DNA of 64,000 bases from Clostridia bacterium. Its GTDB lineage: Bacteria; Bacillota; Clostridia; UBA1212; DUPL01. Positions 37,478-48,386 of this stretch are shown here, one piece after another. The stretch spans positions 1 to 64,000 of the forward strand of contig JBMNIW010000008.1 of the NCBI GenBank assembly GCA_050951325.1, written 5' to 3'. The stretch's first letter is position 1. The number at the start of each line of letters is the position of its first letter. The translations under genes were made by a program, and so were the position numbers. The notes under the pieces were generated by a model. The model searched no databases. It saw only the letters and a program-made list of their open reading frames with translations, and was not told the DNA's origin.

Positions 37478-38338
37478 TTATCCGCCTATAGTTTTACCAG
37501 CTTTTAATTTTCTATACTTTCTTACTATCCAGACTACACTTAAAATTAGAACCGTACCAAGAAGAAAAATAAGGTAAAAACGTTGAAAAAAAGTATATAT
37601 TTTGTAGTCCCTCTCCAGTTTCGGATCAAGTTCAACTATAAAATGGGTGTTTGCAGCTTTTTCCACAACCTCCGCATCATGATACAATAGAGCTTTGTCA
37701 ATATTTGACTCATACTGCAAAACCGCTTCCGTCTCGCCTTCTTTTGGTTCCCTGAAATAAAAAATCCTTAATCTCGAAAAATCAAGTTCAGTCTCAAAAG
37801 CCTTCTTTGCGTATTCAGCGGCCAGCTCCTTGTACTTGTCAAAACCAAGGCTCTGTCCTGCAACTTCCAGAAGAACCACATACTTTCCCTTGGTTCCCTC
37901 AAGTGCATCCTCAGCACTTTGATATACGCCTTTTTCAATATCATAAATATATTCTGCGCTTTTTAGAGGAATTTCATCCTTGAGAAGATTCTCGATATGT
38001 CCGGACAACTCCTTTATCAACTCATTGTCCCTCAGAAAATTGTCGAAATAGCCGTCTTCATACACACCAAGACCCTTGGCAGTTATTCTGAAAGTACCTT
38101 CTTCGAACTCACACTCGTAAACGTATTTGTCAATCTTCTTGTCGTAATATGTATTTGTAATACTGTAATCCAAATCCGGATAGCTGTCTTTCAAATATTT
38201 TTGCACGGAGAATCTATTCAGTAAAGAGCCTGGGAAAACCCCAAGGCTCTCACAGAATATTGACACAACAAGTATTGCGATAATTACTACAAAGGCTGTA
38301 AACAGCCAGAGTTTTATTCTCGTTTTCCTATCCACCAT
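37478..38338 (-). CDS. Hypothetical membrane protein (two terminal TM helices, large loop)
   Basis: 286-aa ORF overlapping the tpi stop; hydrophobic N- and C-terminal segments. Confidence 0.7.
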   Translation of the reverse strand: MVDRKTRIKLWLFTAFVVIIAILVVSIFCESLGVFPGSLLNRFSVQKYLKDSYPDLDYSITNTYYDKKIDKYVYECEFEEGTFRITAKGLGVYEDGYFDNFLRDNELIKELSGHIENLLKDEIPLKSAEYIYDIEKGVYQSAEDALEGTKGKYVVLLEVAGQSLGFDKYKELAAEYAKKAFETELDFSRLRIFYFREPKEGETEAVLQYESNIDKALLYHDAEVVEKAANTHFIVELDPKLERDYKIYTFFQRFYLIFLLGTVLILSVVWIVRKYRKLKAGKTIGG

Positions 38339-40290
38339 AGCAGAAATCTACATAATTTGCAATATCCGCAAACTCATCAATCTTCAGACTTGCGCCGCCC
38401 ACCAAACCACCGTCAATATTGGGCATGCTGAAGAGGGATGCAAAATTGCCACCGTTTACGCTTCCTCCGTAAAGTATGCGAACCTCATCTGCAGTCTCTT
38501 CGTCATAAAGCTCAGCAAGAGTCTTTCTGATTTCAGCGCATACCTCTTCCGCCTGCTCGTCGGTAGCAGTTCTGCCTGTACCAATAGCCCAGATTGGCTC
38601 GTATGCAATTATTACATTCTTCATCTGAGCTTTCGTCAACACCGTTCAGGGCAATCTTAACCTGGTACTTTACAAACTCCGTTGTAACTCCTTCATCTCT
38701 CTGCAGAAGCGACTCGCCAACGCAAACTATTGGCACAAGACCGTAGCCAAGAGCTGCCTTTACCTTCGCATTTACTGTCTCATCAGTTTCATTGAAGTAC
38801 TGTCTTCTCTCAGAGTGTCCGATTATTACGTGAGTAACCCCAAGATTTACAAGCATCTCACCGGAGACCTCACCTGTATATGCACCGGATTCTGCATAAT
38901 GCATGTTCTGGGCTGCAATCTTTATCTTGCTGCCTTCAATGCAGTTCATTGCATGAGGAATGCATACAAAAGGTGGAGCAATAATCACTTCAGTGTCAGT
39001 CTCCTTCAGTTTGCCCTTGAGCTCCATGATGAACTTGCTGGTTTCAGCAGGTGTCTTGTTCATCTTCCAGTTGCCTGCAGCAACCTTCCTGCGGCAGTTC
39101 TTGTCCATAAGGCACGCAATGCCAGGAAGCTCCTTGCCTTCGAGGAATTCAAGAGAAGCTCCTCCGCCTGTGGAGATATGAGTTATTCTGTCGGCAAAAC
39201 CAAGCTGTTCAATAGCAGCTGCGGAATCTCCGCCACCAACTATGGATATGGCACCGGATTCAGCAACAGCTTGGGCAATTCTTCTTGTACCCTCTGCAAA
39301 GTTCGGGAACTCAAATACTCCCATAGGTCCGTTCCAAACTATAGTCTTTGCCTTTGCAATGTACTTTTCATAAAGCTCTATGGTTAGATTTCCAATATCC
39401 ATTCCGGACCATCCGTCAGGCATGTCATCGGATGGAACATACATTCTATCAGATTCATTGGAGAATTCTTTTGCAACAATGCTGCCAATAGGAAGCAACA
39501 ATTCAACACCTTTTTCCTCCGCCTTCTGCATGAGCTGCCTTGCCAGGTCAAGCTTGTCATCCTCACAAATGGAATCCCCTATCTTGTAGCCTTTGGCCTT
39601 GAGGAATGTGTAGGCCATACCTCCACCAATAATGAGCACATCCACCTTGTCAAGCAGGTTGTTTATAACCTCTATCTTGTCGGAAACCTTTGCGCCACCA
39701 AGTATTGCAACAAAAGGTCTTTCTGGATTTGAAAGAGCCTTGCCCATTATCTCAATTTCCTTCTGAATAAGGAAACCTGAAACCGCAGGCAGATAATTTG
39801 CAATTCCTGCAGTGGAAGCATGCGCCCTGTGTGCTGTTCCAAAAGCATCATTTACAAAAATGTCTGCAAGACTTGCAAGCTCTTTTGCAAACTCAGGATC
39901 GTTGGCTTCCTCTTCCTTGTGGAACCTGACGTTTTCAAGCATAAGAATTTGTCCTTCTTTCAAATTCTTTGCCTTTTCCTTGCTGTCAGGACCTATTACA
40001 TCCGAAGACTGTATAATCTCCATATTCAACAACTTGCCAAGATGCTTGGAGCATGGAGCCATTGAATACTTCATGTTGAATTGTCCCTTGGGTCTGCCCA
40101 GGTGGGACATAAGTATTACCTTGGCTTTCTTGTCCAACAAATATTTTATTGTAGGCAAAGCCGCTACTATTCTTTTGTCGTCTGATATGTTTCCTTCTGT
40201 ATCAAAGGGTACGTTGAAGTCAACCCTTACTATGACTCTTTTGCCGGTTACATTTATATCTGTAACGTTTTTCTTGTTGTAATAGCTCAT
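38328..40290 (-). CDS. pgk: Bifunctional phosphoglycerate kinase / triosephosphate isomerase fusion, interrupted by one extra base at ~38640
   Basis: PGK motifs (RVDFNVP, LLENVRF-like, [10 protein letters not shown]) run in frame into TPI ([15 protein letters not shown]). The TPI C-terminus ([24 protein letters not shown]) is in the +1 frame. Confidence 0.9.
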
Positions 40291-40380
40291 ATATCAGCCA
40301 CTCTCCTTAAATTCTGTATATCTAAAATCTAGTCAAAAGACCCAAATTCTATTTTATACCTAATATCCAAAAATATCAAC

Positions 40381-40770
40381 CTAATGTAAAGAAAATAACA
40401 TGCCAAGAAGAAGAAAAGGAACAAAAGGCAGTTCTTCCCCCCTTGCTTTCCCCTTGTAGTATGCCAATCCAGACAAAAACGCCAGCATGCAGGCCATAAA
40501 CAAACCTTTGGCAGCTGTTGACGCATCAAACATAAGGAAAGCACACATAATGCACACAACATCCGCCTTGCCCACCGCTTTCTTGAGTATGGTACAAACA
40601 AATACAACTGTGCCACACATCATAAACGACAATAAGTCTGGCATTCCTATAACCAACACTCTTAAAAGCGAAACTACAATTAACAAGAGCAGTGCGGCAA
40701 TAGGTATTTTTCTTGTTTTAATGTCAAAATATGCACAAACAGTCAAAACACATAAGAAAAGTACTATCAA
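40381..40770 (-). CDS. Small prepilin peptidase (A24 family, TadV/CpaA-like)
   Basis: Hydrophobic 129 aa; FDIKTRKIP, GKAD and LPFVPFLLLG motifs; TTG start overlaps the addB stop. Confidence 0.7.
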   Translation of the reverse strand: MIVLFLCVLTVCAYFDIKTRKIPIAALLLLIVVSLLRVLVIGMPDLLSFMMCGTVVFVCTILKKAVGKADVVCIMCAFLMFDASTAAKGLFMACMLAFLSGLAYYKGKARGEELPFVPFLLLGMLFSLH

Positions 40771-43700
40771 TCGTCGCTGCCCATCTGCGTATAGGCCTCA
40801 TCAACGTCATATTGGGGCTGTTTTCTAAAATTCTCAGGCTTGGATGTATCAATTCCGCATACGGTTATATACTCACAATAATCACAAACCTTGAAGTTCT
40901 TGTTCGGAAAATCAACAGGAATTATGGAGATGTCTCCTTCGGCCATTCTTTCGTAAGTATTTTTAACAGTCTTGTGAAGCTGTTTCCTCAAAAGATCGAA
41001 TCCGTTCCTGGGAACGGCTCCCCCTTTCAGAGTAACCGACCATCCTTCCTTTTTCCGTCTTATACTCATGGTCTTTGCATCCTCTTCATCGGAAACAATA
41101 CAATCAAGAACTTCCGGATCATCAATAATATATCCCTTCAGTCTCAGTTCCTCTTCCCTGGACACTTCACTTCTGTTTGAAGCACTCTTTACATCCGGAC
41201 CTAGTGTGAAGTACAGGCAGGCAACAGGAACAACCGCTTTTTCGCTTTTGCTGCCGATGCCTTCCACCAAGGCGTCCATGTAAGCAACCAGTTGTATGCT
41301 CTGACCATTAATCAAATCCTGGGGGGATACATTAAGGTCAGATGACTTGTAATCTATTACCCTTAAATAAATTGCATCCTCCGTCTCACAGACATCGTAC
41401 CGGTCAATCCTTCCTGTTATCTGGACGTATCTTCCATCATCCAGCCTGACACGTACTGGAGGCAACTCTCCATCAGGACCAAACGCCACTTCAAATCCGG
41501 CTGGCTGGAAAACCCCTCCATGTATCTGCCATAAGGCTTTTCTGAATGCCTTTTTTGCATATCTTAAAAGCCTGTTTGCAATATACTTTTTCCTCTCGCT
41601 GTCGTAAAAACTCCTTATACCCACTTCCTCCAGTGACTCAGCAAACACATCATCCATAAGTTTGTCACTATCATCAACAGGAAGATTAATTGCTTTTTTA
41701 GAAGCCTTGTCAATCAATGTATGCAAAAAGGTACCCACATCCGTATTCTCGACAACTGCTTCCTTTCTTTTCTCAGCCTTTATGCCGTAGCTCATGAAGA
41801 ATGAATACGGACATCTGTTGTACTTCTCAATTCTTGATGCGGACATGTAAAGGTTTTTGGCAAACAACTCATCCATTATGTCTTTTGGCAGATACAAGTC
41901 TCTTCTGAAAGATGTATCAGCTTTCAAAATTCTTTCAAATTCATGTTTGTACTCAGCACTATCCCGATACCATTTTCTGATACATTTGATTGTCTCGTCC
42001 TCTACATCTCTCAAAAGTCCTGCATTCTCTGTCAAAAACGGAAGAGGCAAAGTAAGTCTTTCCATTACTCCCTCGTTGTAATCCTTAACAACCTTCAAAG
42101 ACGGGAAGATGTTCTGTATCCTCTGAACAATTACCGACGGTCTCATAGGATTCAGTCCGTGGTCTTCCAATGCGTAACTAATTATCATATGCTCGGAGGG
42201 AGATGACAAGACCGTGTAAATAAGGTAATACTCCATATTTGCCTTTGTCCTGTTGTCCTCTGCAAGAGCGATTCCCTTGTTCTTCAAATACGCTCTGTCG
42301 TCGTCCTTCAAAAGACCTTCATCCACAAAGGTTGCGGGAAAAACTCCCTCGTTTGCGCCCAGCAGTATCATTCCTTTAACATCATGGCTTCTTGTTCTGT
42401 CCGCAACACCAATTTGGACACTGTCTTCAGTAAACGGAATAAAACCAATCTTGTACTCGGAAAACCCCAATAAAAGCGTTTCCTTGAAAAGCTTTACCTT
42501 ATCCTTCAACGAACCTGTCAACCTTATGTCACCCATGAACACGTAAATCTGCTCTACAACTTCCATGGTTATGTTCCAGATTCTTGCATATTCATTTGCC
42601 ATAACAGGCATGTTGGATTCCTTGAACTTCAATGACATGTTCTGCATTTTTCCCTGGACGTCAAGTTTGGAGAAGAACGAAACAAGAATTTTGCAGCACT
42701 CTTTCATTGTGCGGCATTTTTTCAACTCTTCCTCGAACGAGGTTACATCGCTATACAACTTTGCTCGAAGCACTTCAACTTCTTCAAACTCATCAATACT
42801 TGAACCAAAATCCTTTTTGCCTCTTAGCCCATGGGCAAGCGCAATATTCTCAAACCTGTCAACCGCACAAATTTCTTCCGTATACAGGCCAGTTTTCAGA
42901 AAATCGAGCACGCTAGTCCTCTCCCAGGAACTTCCCACAATATCAAGCAATGTCAGAATGAATCTAATTAGTGGATGATCTTCTATGTTCTTTTTGGAGT
43001 CAATGAAGTATGGAATATTGTACTTTGGAAACACAATCTTTATAACCTTCTCGTACAAATCAATACTTCTTGCAGTTACTGCAATATCCTTGTATCTTAA
43101 ACCTTCCTCCCTCAAAAGCCTCACAATTTCTCTTGCACTGCGATCCACTTCTTCATATATGCTTCTGCATTCAACAATTTTTATGTTTTTGGGTATGTCC
43201 TGCACCCTCTTTGCAGGATATTTGCCAAAGTTCCTTTCAAGATGGGCAATATATTTGTTAGTAAAGCGATGACTTTCTTTCAAGTATGTAATGTTTATCC
43301 TTGCATCGACATCCTTTGCCACCCTTAGCAGCTGTTCATACGTTCTGTACACCCTGTCGAATATGTACTCGTCTTCCTCATCCATGCAAAGACACACATT
43401 TACATCCCTGCACTGCCTGACCAGCTCCTTCAATATATCAAACTCATAGGATGTAAAACCTGCAAACCCATCAAGCCATATTACAGCATCCTTGAAAGGT
43501 CTGTGTTCTGCAAGCTTTTCCAAAAACGCACTGTAAATATCCTGGTCCTCTATATTGTCTTCCAAAAGAAGATTCCTGTACTCACTGTAAATTAGGGACA
43601 AATCGGAAAGCTTGCTTTTCAACAAATCATCTTCAAGCTCCAATGTCGCCTCCTCAAGCATGCCGGGAGTGACTTCATATCTGCCAAACTCATCAATCAG

Positions 43701-44069
43701 ACCTAAAAGCCTGTTAATCTCTCCTGGACGTTCTTCCAGAAACTCAAAGTATTCAAGCCTATCAATATTCTCTTTCACCACATGACCAAGCAACATAATA
43801 CGGCCTGAAGGATTCAGTTTTGTCTTTGCAAGTCCTCCATACCTGGACAATATCCTGAAAGCCATGCGTTTGAAGCTGACAACTTCATTGCCCAATAGGC
43901 CCTTGCAATCAGGATGCTCAAGCAGCCTTGCTTCTGCCTGCAGGGAGTACTGCTCGGGCACCACCAGGTAAACAGGCCCGCATTCATGCTTCAAATGCCT
44001 GGCTATACTGTCAACACAGTATGTGCTTTTTCCACTGCCTGCCCTGCCGGCCAGTATGTTGAGCGCCAT
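40767..44069 (-). CDS. addB: ATP-dependent helicase/nuclease subunit B
   Basis: GRAGSGKS, VPEQYS, SFKRMA, SASRIEKYNRCPY, GRIDRYD..IDYKS, C-terminal CDYCEY..VC Fe-S ligands. Confidence 0.93.
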   Translation of the reverse strand: MALNILAGRAGSGKSTYCVDSIARHLKHECGPVYLVVPEQYSLQAEARLLEHPDCKGLLGNEVVSFKRMAFRILSRYGGLAKTKLNPSGRIMLLGHVVKENIDRLEYFEFLEERPGEINRLLGLIDEFGRYEVTPGMLEEATLELEDDLLKSKLSDLSLIYSEYRNLLLEDNIEDQDIYSAFLEKLAEHRPFKDAVIWLDGFAGFTSYEFDILKELVRQCRDVNVCLCMDEEDEYIFDRVYRTYEQLLRVAKDVDARINITYLKESHRFTNKYIAHLERNFGKYPAKRVQDIPKNIKIVECRSIYEEVDRSAREIVRLLREEGLRYKDIAVTARSIDLYEKVIKIVFPKYNIPYFIDSKKNIEDHPLIRFILTLLDIVGSSWERTSVLDFLKTGLYTEEICAVDRFENIALAHGLRGKKDFGSSIDEFEEVEVLRAKLYSDVTSFEEELKKCRTMKECCKILVSFFSKLDVQGKMQNMSLKFKESNMPVMANEYARIWNITMEVVEQIYVFMGDIRLTGSLKDKVKLFKETLLLGFSEYKIGFIPFTEDSVQIGVADRTRSHDVKGMILLGANEGVFPATFVDEGLLKDDDRAYLKNKGIALAEDNRTKANMEYYLIYTVLSSPSEHMIISYALEDHGLNPMRPSVIVQRIQNIFPSLKVVKDYNEGVMERLTLPLPFLTENAGLLRDVEDETIKCIRKWYRDSAEYKHEFERILKADTSFRRDLYLPKDIMDELFAKNLYMSASRIEKYNRCPYSFFMSYGIKAEKRKEAVVENTDVGTFLHTLIDKASKKAINLPVDDSDKLMDDVFAESLEEVGIRSFYDSERKKYIANRLLRYAKKAFRKALWQIHGGVFQPAGFEVAFGPDGELPPVRVRLDDGRYVQITGRIDRYDVCETEDAIYLRVIDYKSSDLNVSPQDLINGQSIQLVAYMDALVEGIGSKSEKAVVPVACLYFTLGPDVKSASNRSEVSREEELRLKGYIIDDPEVLDCIVSDEEDAKTMSIRRKKEGWSVTLKGGAVPRNGFDLLRKQLHKTVKNTYERMAEGDISIIPVDFPNKNFKVCDYCEYITVCGIDTSKPENFRKQPQYDVDEAYTQMGSDD

Positions 44070-44072
44070 ATT

Positions 44073-45041
44073 CTACCCCTTCTTTACGTCATGCCTGTAA
44101 ACCTGTCTATTGTTGAGCGACCATATTCTTTCACTGAATTTGCCTGTATCGGTTGTTTCATATGCCTTTGCCATGTCATACATGCGGGCATCCATAACGT
44201 CGAGATAATGAAGCATTTCCGCTTCCGGTATCATTGGGTATTTTGGACTTCCATATTCCGGCTCATAATGATGTGCAAGTATCATATGCTCAAGCAGCAT
44301 TATAATTTCACTGTTTATACCCAGCTCATTTCCTGTCTCACTTACAATCTTTATACCCTGAATCAAATGCCCCAGCATTATCCCTTCAGTTGTATAGTCC
44401 GAAACAATGCCGTATTCCGAAACTTCCATTTCCTCAATCTTTCCAATATCGTGCAGTATGACTCCGGCATACAAAAGGTCCTTGTTGAGAAAGTCGTAAG
44501 TTTCAGAAAGCGCCTTGGCATTTTTAAGCATTGTGGTTATGTGGTACAAAAGTCCACAGCGAACCGAATGATGATTCTTCTTGGCTGCAGGAAAATATAT
44601 TAGCTGGTTCTTGTACTTTTCAAGAACTGCCATTACAAGGGTTGCAATCTCCGCATTCTCCATTCCAAGGACTGTCTTTTCAACAATTTCATACATCTCC
44701 TCGCCCTGATATGGAGCGCTAGGTATAAATTCCTCGGGATTGACATTGTCGGCTTCTACAGTCCTCCTTATTCTGTCAATCTTGAATTGAAGCTGTCCCT
44801 GCCAGTCAATAACCTGACCCTTTGCCCATACCACAGTACCTGCAGCAAACCTTGTCACATTATCGTCATCCCAATCCCAAAGTTTTGCGTTGATTTCACC
44901 CGTATTGTCCGCAAAAGTAAAGTTCATGTATCTGTTGTTGGTAGTTGTTTGCTTTTGCTCGGATACTTTTATGTAAAAGTATCCTTCAGCAATATCCCCG
45001 GGTTTTAAATCAATAACTTTCTTTTTGTTTCTATCAGCCAT
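44073..45041 (-). CDS. yhaM: 3'-5' exoribonuclease YhaM family (OB fold + HD)
   Basis: DNTGEINAKLW OB fold, PAAKKNHH, LHDIGK, GHL, HH..EYGSP. Confidence 0.88.
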   Translation of the reverse strand: MADRNKKKVIDLKPGDIAEGYFYIKVSEQKQTTTNNRYMNFTFADNTGEINAKLWDWDDDNVTRFAAGTVVWAKGQVIDWQGQLQFKIDRIRRTVEADNVNPEEFIPSAPYQGEEMYEIVEKTVLGMENAEIATLVMAVLEKYKNQLIYFPAAKKNHHSVRCGLLYHITTMLKNAKALSETYDFLNKDLLYAGVILHDIGKIEEMEVSEYGIVSDYTTEGIMLGHLIQGIKIVSETGNELGINSEIIMLLEHMILAHHYEPEYGSPKYPMIPEAEMLHYLDVMDARMYDMAKAYETTDTGKFSERIWSLNNRQVYRHDVKKG

Positions 45042-45100
45042 TCATCCGACTCCTTTATTTTTACTAAATTATATCTCTTAGAAAAACAATATGCAAATTA

Positions 45101-46252
45101 TCATCCAAAATATTTTATTGCTCTTTTGATTGCAAAATCAAAACCGTTAACAAGTCCCAGATATTCGCCCTTATTTTCTCTTTTCGAGCATTCCAAAAAA
45201 GGCACGTATTCCCTGGTATGGTCAGTACCTTTGAAACCAGGATCGCATCCGTGATCCGCAGTTAGGCAAAGCATATCACCATCATCCAGAAGATAAAATA
45301 TTTCTTCAAGTCTCCTTGATACTCTTTCAACCTCGTTACAGTACCCCAATGGATCCCTTCTGTGTCCGTAAAGCATATCGGTATCTACAAGATTGACAAA
45401 CACAAACTCCTTTTTGTCTGTCCTTGTCCTTGCAATTTTCTCCACCCTGTCAAGACATGCCTCGTTCCCCTTGTCCGGATAATTTACATCAATGCCTTTG
45501 CCGTCGAAAATGTCCCATATCTTTCCCACAGCAACAACACTTACATCCAAAGAATGAAGCTTATCCTCCATAAGTGTCTTGTTGGGGAGTTCAATACTGT
45601 AGTCTTTTCTATTCTTCGTCCTTACAAAACCATCCTTTTCATTCCCTACAAACGGTCTTGCAATCACTCTTCCCACTTTGTAATCATCACATATTCTCCT
45701 TGCCTTCTCGCATATGTCATAAAGTTCTTCCAGAGGAACCACCTCTTCATGAGCCGCTATCTGAAACACGGAATCCGCAGACGTATAGCAGATTATTGAA
45801 CCTGTCTCCATATGCTCCTTTCCAAGCTCTTTTATGATTTTCGTTCCTGACACACTCTTGTTGCCAATTACTTTTCTTCCAGTTTCCTTTTCAAGCCTTT
45901 TTACAAGCTCTTCAGGAAATGATGGATATTCGGGCGGAAATATGGTCAATGTGAAATCGAGGTTCATGCCTGCAAGCTCCCAGTGTCCGGTCTGGGTATC
46001 CTTGCCGCCTCCTCTTTTTTCAAGCACCGCATAATTTGCAATTGGATTGTCAACCTCTTCACATCCCTCAAGCTCAACCCCAAGGGTTTTGCATGAATTT
46101 CCAAGGCCCATTCTGACGAGAAATCTCCATTTTTCACCCTCTATCGCCCTGCTTGCAGACAGTGCGGTATTTGAACCGCAATCACCATACTCCCCGCAAA
46201 CACTGTCGGCTCCTATTCCAAAGCTGTCTATGACAACAAGATAATATCTCAT
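45101..46252 (-). CDS. deoB: Phosphopentomutase
   Basis: VIDSFGIG, GKDTQTGHWE, YTSADSVFQIAAHE, NLVDTDMLYGHRRD, TADHGCDP, DHTRE. Confidence 0.95.
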   Translation of the reverse strand: MRYYLVVIDSFGIGADSVCGEYGDCGSNTALSASRAIEGEKWRFLVRMGLGNSCKTLGVELEGCEEVDNPIANYAVLEKRGGGKDTQTGHWELAGMNLDFTLTIFPPEYPSFPEELVKRLEKETGRKVIGNKSVSGTKIIKELGKEHMETGSIICYTSADSVFQIAAHEEVVPLEELYDICEKARRICDDYKVGRVIARPFVGNEKDGFVRTKNRKDYSIELPNKTLMEDKLHSLDVSVVAVGKIWDIFDGKGIDVNYPDKGNEACLDRVEKIARTRTDKKEFVFVNLVDTDMLYGHRRDPLGYCNEVERVSRRLEEIFYLLDDGDMLCLTADHGCDPGFKGTDHTREYVPFLECSKRENKGEYLGLVNGFDFAIKRAIKYFG

Positions 46253-46270
46253 AAATATACCTCTTTCCCT

Positions 46271-46984
46271 TTATTTCTCAAGACAGGACTTTACAAGCAT
46301 CCCGCTTATGTAATCCAGAAGCTGCTCAACATTATCGGAAACTGACACGCTGAACACTTTCTCCAGCTTTGAATTGCATATGTACAATATTGCAGCCAAC
46401 GTGTCATAATCCACTTCCACGTTATCTACCATATTGCTTTTTGCACATTCAGAGCAGAATATGGATTTTTCCGCCACAGAAAAAACAAGGTCCTGCCCTT
46501 CTGGTTTTCTCTCGCAAATTCCACAGCTCGATATAACCGGTGCAAAACCCTGCAGTGTCAGCATTCTAAGCCTGAAAATGTCGTAAACAAGCTTGTAATC
46601 CATTTTTCCTGTATTCAGAAAATGTAAACAGTTTAAAAGAAGCCTTAGACTTTCAGGCTCTGGCATTTCCTGCTGTATCATTGTCAAGCAGATTCTTGCC
46701 ATGTCTCCGGCGGTAAACAACACATCCAGGTCATTCCTCAGGTTGAAAAATGGTTCAATCAGCTGGGCACTATTCAAACTGTACATGCTTCTTCCCTTGT
46801 ACAGCTCAAAAGAGCTGTAGGCAAAGGGCTGTACAGAGGCAAGATACCTGTAACCGGTTCTTTTTGCGCGCCTTGCCCTGACACTGATAATTCCATTTGT
46901 GTCGGAAAACACGGTGAGAATCTTGTCGCCCTCTCCAAACTCTCCTTCTCTTAACACTATTCCGTTTACTTTCAGATTCCTCAT
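46271..46984 (-). CDS. recO: DNA repair protein RecO
   Basis: GIVLR...GEGDKILT, zinc-finger Cys pairs; downstream of era. Confidence 0.92.
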   Translation of the reverse strand: MRNLKVNGIVLREGEFGEGDKILTVFSDTNGIISVRARRAKRTGYRYLASVQPFAYSSFELYKGRSMYSLNSAQLIEPFFNLRNDLDVLFTAGDMARICLTMIQQEMPEPESLRLLLNCLHFLNTGKMDYKLVYDIFRLRMLTLQGFAPVISSCGICERKPEGQDLVFSVAEKSIFCSECAKSNMVDNVEVDYDTLAAILYICNSKLEKVFSVSVSDNVEQLLDYISGMLVKSCLEK

Positions 46985-46987
46985 ATG

Positions 46988-47881
46988 CTATTCCTTGTAA
47001 CCAAGCTCCTTTAACATGTATGAGTTGTTTCTCCAGTCATCCTTTACCTTTACCCAAAGCTTAAGATTAACCTGTCCGCCAACCAGATTTTCAATATCAA
47101 CCCTTGCGGTCTGGCCGATTCGTTTGAGCATTCTGCCCTCTTTGCCAATCAAGATACCCTTGTGGCTGTTCTTCTCACAGTATATGGTTGCTTCAATATG
47201 ATAAACACCGTTTGGCCTTGTGGGCTCCGTGAACTGTATGACTTCAACACCCACACCATGGGGAACTTCCTCGCTGGTGAACGAAAGCACCTTTTCCCTG
47301 ATAACTTCTGCAACCAATTCTCTCAATGTGCTGTCCACGAACATGTCATCGGGGTAATACTTTGGTCCTTCGGGCAAAATCTTTTTTATCTCCTCCACCA
47401 ATATGTCCACGCCGTCGTTCTTTAAAGCTGATATGGGGATTATGGCTTTTGGATTAAGAAGCTTTGACAACTCGTCAATCAGGACAAGCAAATTCTCCTT
47501 AACCACCAGATCCACCTTGTTTAAGACAAGAAATATTGGTACTTCAACATTCTTCATCATCTCTATTAAATCCAAATCGCCTTTAGGTATCGCCTTTACG
47601 TTGGCATCGAACACATAAACAACAGCATCAATGTCCTTTGTGGCACTGTGCACGCTGCTTACCATGAACTCTCCAAGCTTGTTTTTCGGCTTGTGCATGC
47701 CTGGAGTGTCAATAAACACTATCTGATAGTCTTCACCCGTTGCAATTGCCCTTACATTGTTGCGAGTGGTCTGGGGTTTTCGGGACACAATTGACACCTT
47801 CTGCCCCATTATTGCGTTAAGCAAAGTTGATTTACCCACATTTGCTCTTCCTACAAGTGAAACAAATCCTGATCTGAACAT
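46988..47881 (-). CDS. era: GTPase Era
   Basis: GRANVGKSTL, KPQTTR, DTPG, NKVD, KH domain. Confidence 0.97.
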   Translation of the reverse strand: MFRSGFVSLVGRANVGKSTLLNAIMGQKVSIVSRKPQTTRNNVRAIATGEDYQIVFIDTPGMHKPKNKLGEFMVSSVHSATKDIDAVVYVFDANVKAIPKGDLDLIEMMKNVEVPIFLVLNKVDLVVKENLLVLIDELSKLLNPKAIIPISALKNDGVDILVEEIKKILPEGPKYYPDDMFVDSTLRELVAEVIREKVLSFTSEEVPHGVGVEVIQFTEPTRPNGVYHIEATIYCEKNSHKGILIGKEGRMLKRIGQTARVDIENLVGGQVNLKLWVKVKDDWRNNSYMLKELGYKE

Positions 47882-47888
47882 AACCCAC

Positions 47889-48386
47889 CTACCTTTTAAA
47901 TCCCGCAGTATTCAATATTCCATATGCATTCTCAAGCATAAGTTCTTCCCTCTCTTTAGTATCATGGTCAAAACCCAAAAGATGCAGAAAACCATGAACC
48001 ACTAAAAACGCAACTTCCCGCTCTTTATCGTGCCCATACTCTTCTGCCTGCTCGCAAGCCTTGTCCAAAGATACAATAATATCGCCCAAAAAAGCCTTGC
48101 CTGTTTCCGGACAAAGAAGTTCTTCGTCAATATATCCTTCTCCGTCACACAGATCAAACTGGGGAAAAGACAATACATCCGTAGGCTTGTCCATGCCCCT
48201 GTATTCTTTATTTATTTCCTGTATTACATCGTTGTCTGCAAAGATTATGCAAACTTCAAAATCCGATCCATCCAGAAGATAGTCCGCACTTTTCAATACA
48301 TCATTGCAAATCATCATGTATCTTTTGCGTGCTTCTTCATTCAAATCAGCAAACTTCCCCATAAATTCAAAATCCACATCCACCAT
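47889..48386 (-). CDS. ybeY: rRNA maturation endoribonuclease YbeY
   Basis: DKPTDVLSF, LGDI, HGFLHLLGFDH. Confidence 0.96.
   Translation of the reverse strand: MVDVDFEFMGKFADLNEEARKRYMMICNDVLKSADYLLDGSDFEVCIIFADNDVIQEINKEYRGMDKPTDVLSFPQFDLCDGEGYIDEELLCPETGKAFLGDIIVSLDKACEQAEEYGHDKEREVAFLVVHGFLHLLGFDHDTKEREELMLENAYGILNTAGFKR

Noticed and set aside
38644-38652. CCC TGA shifty-stop as the pgk-tpi recoding site
   Set aside because: The CCC TGA is in the +1 frame, not the translated frame, so it cannot drive the required shift.
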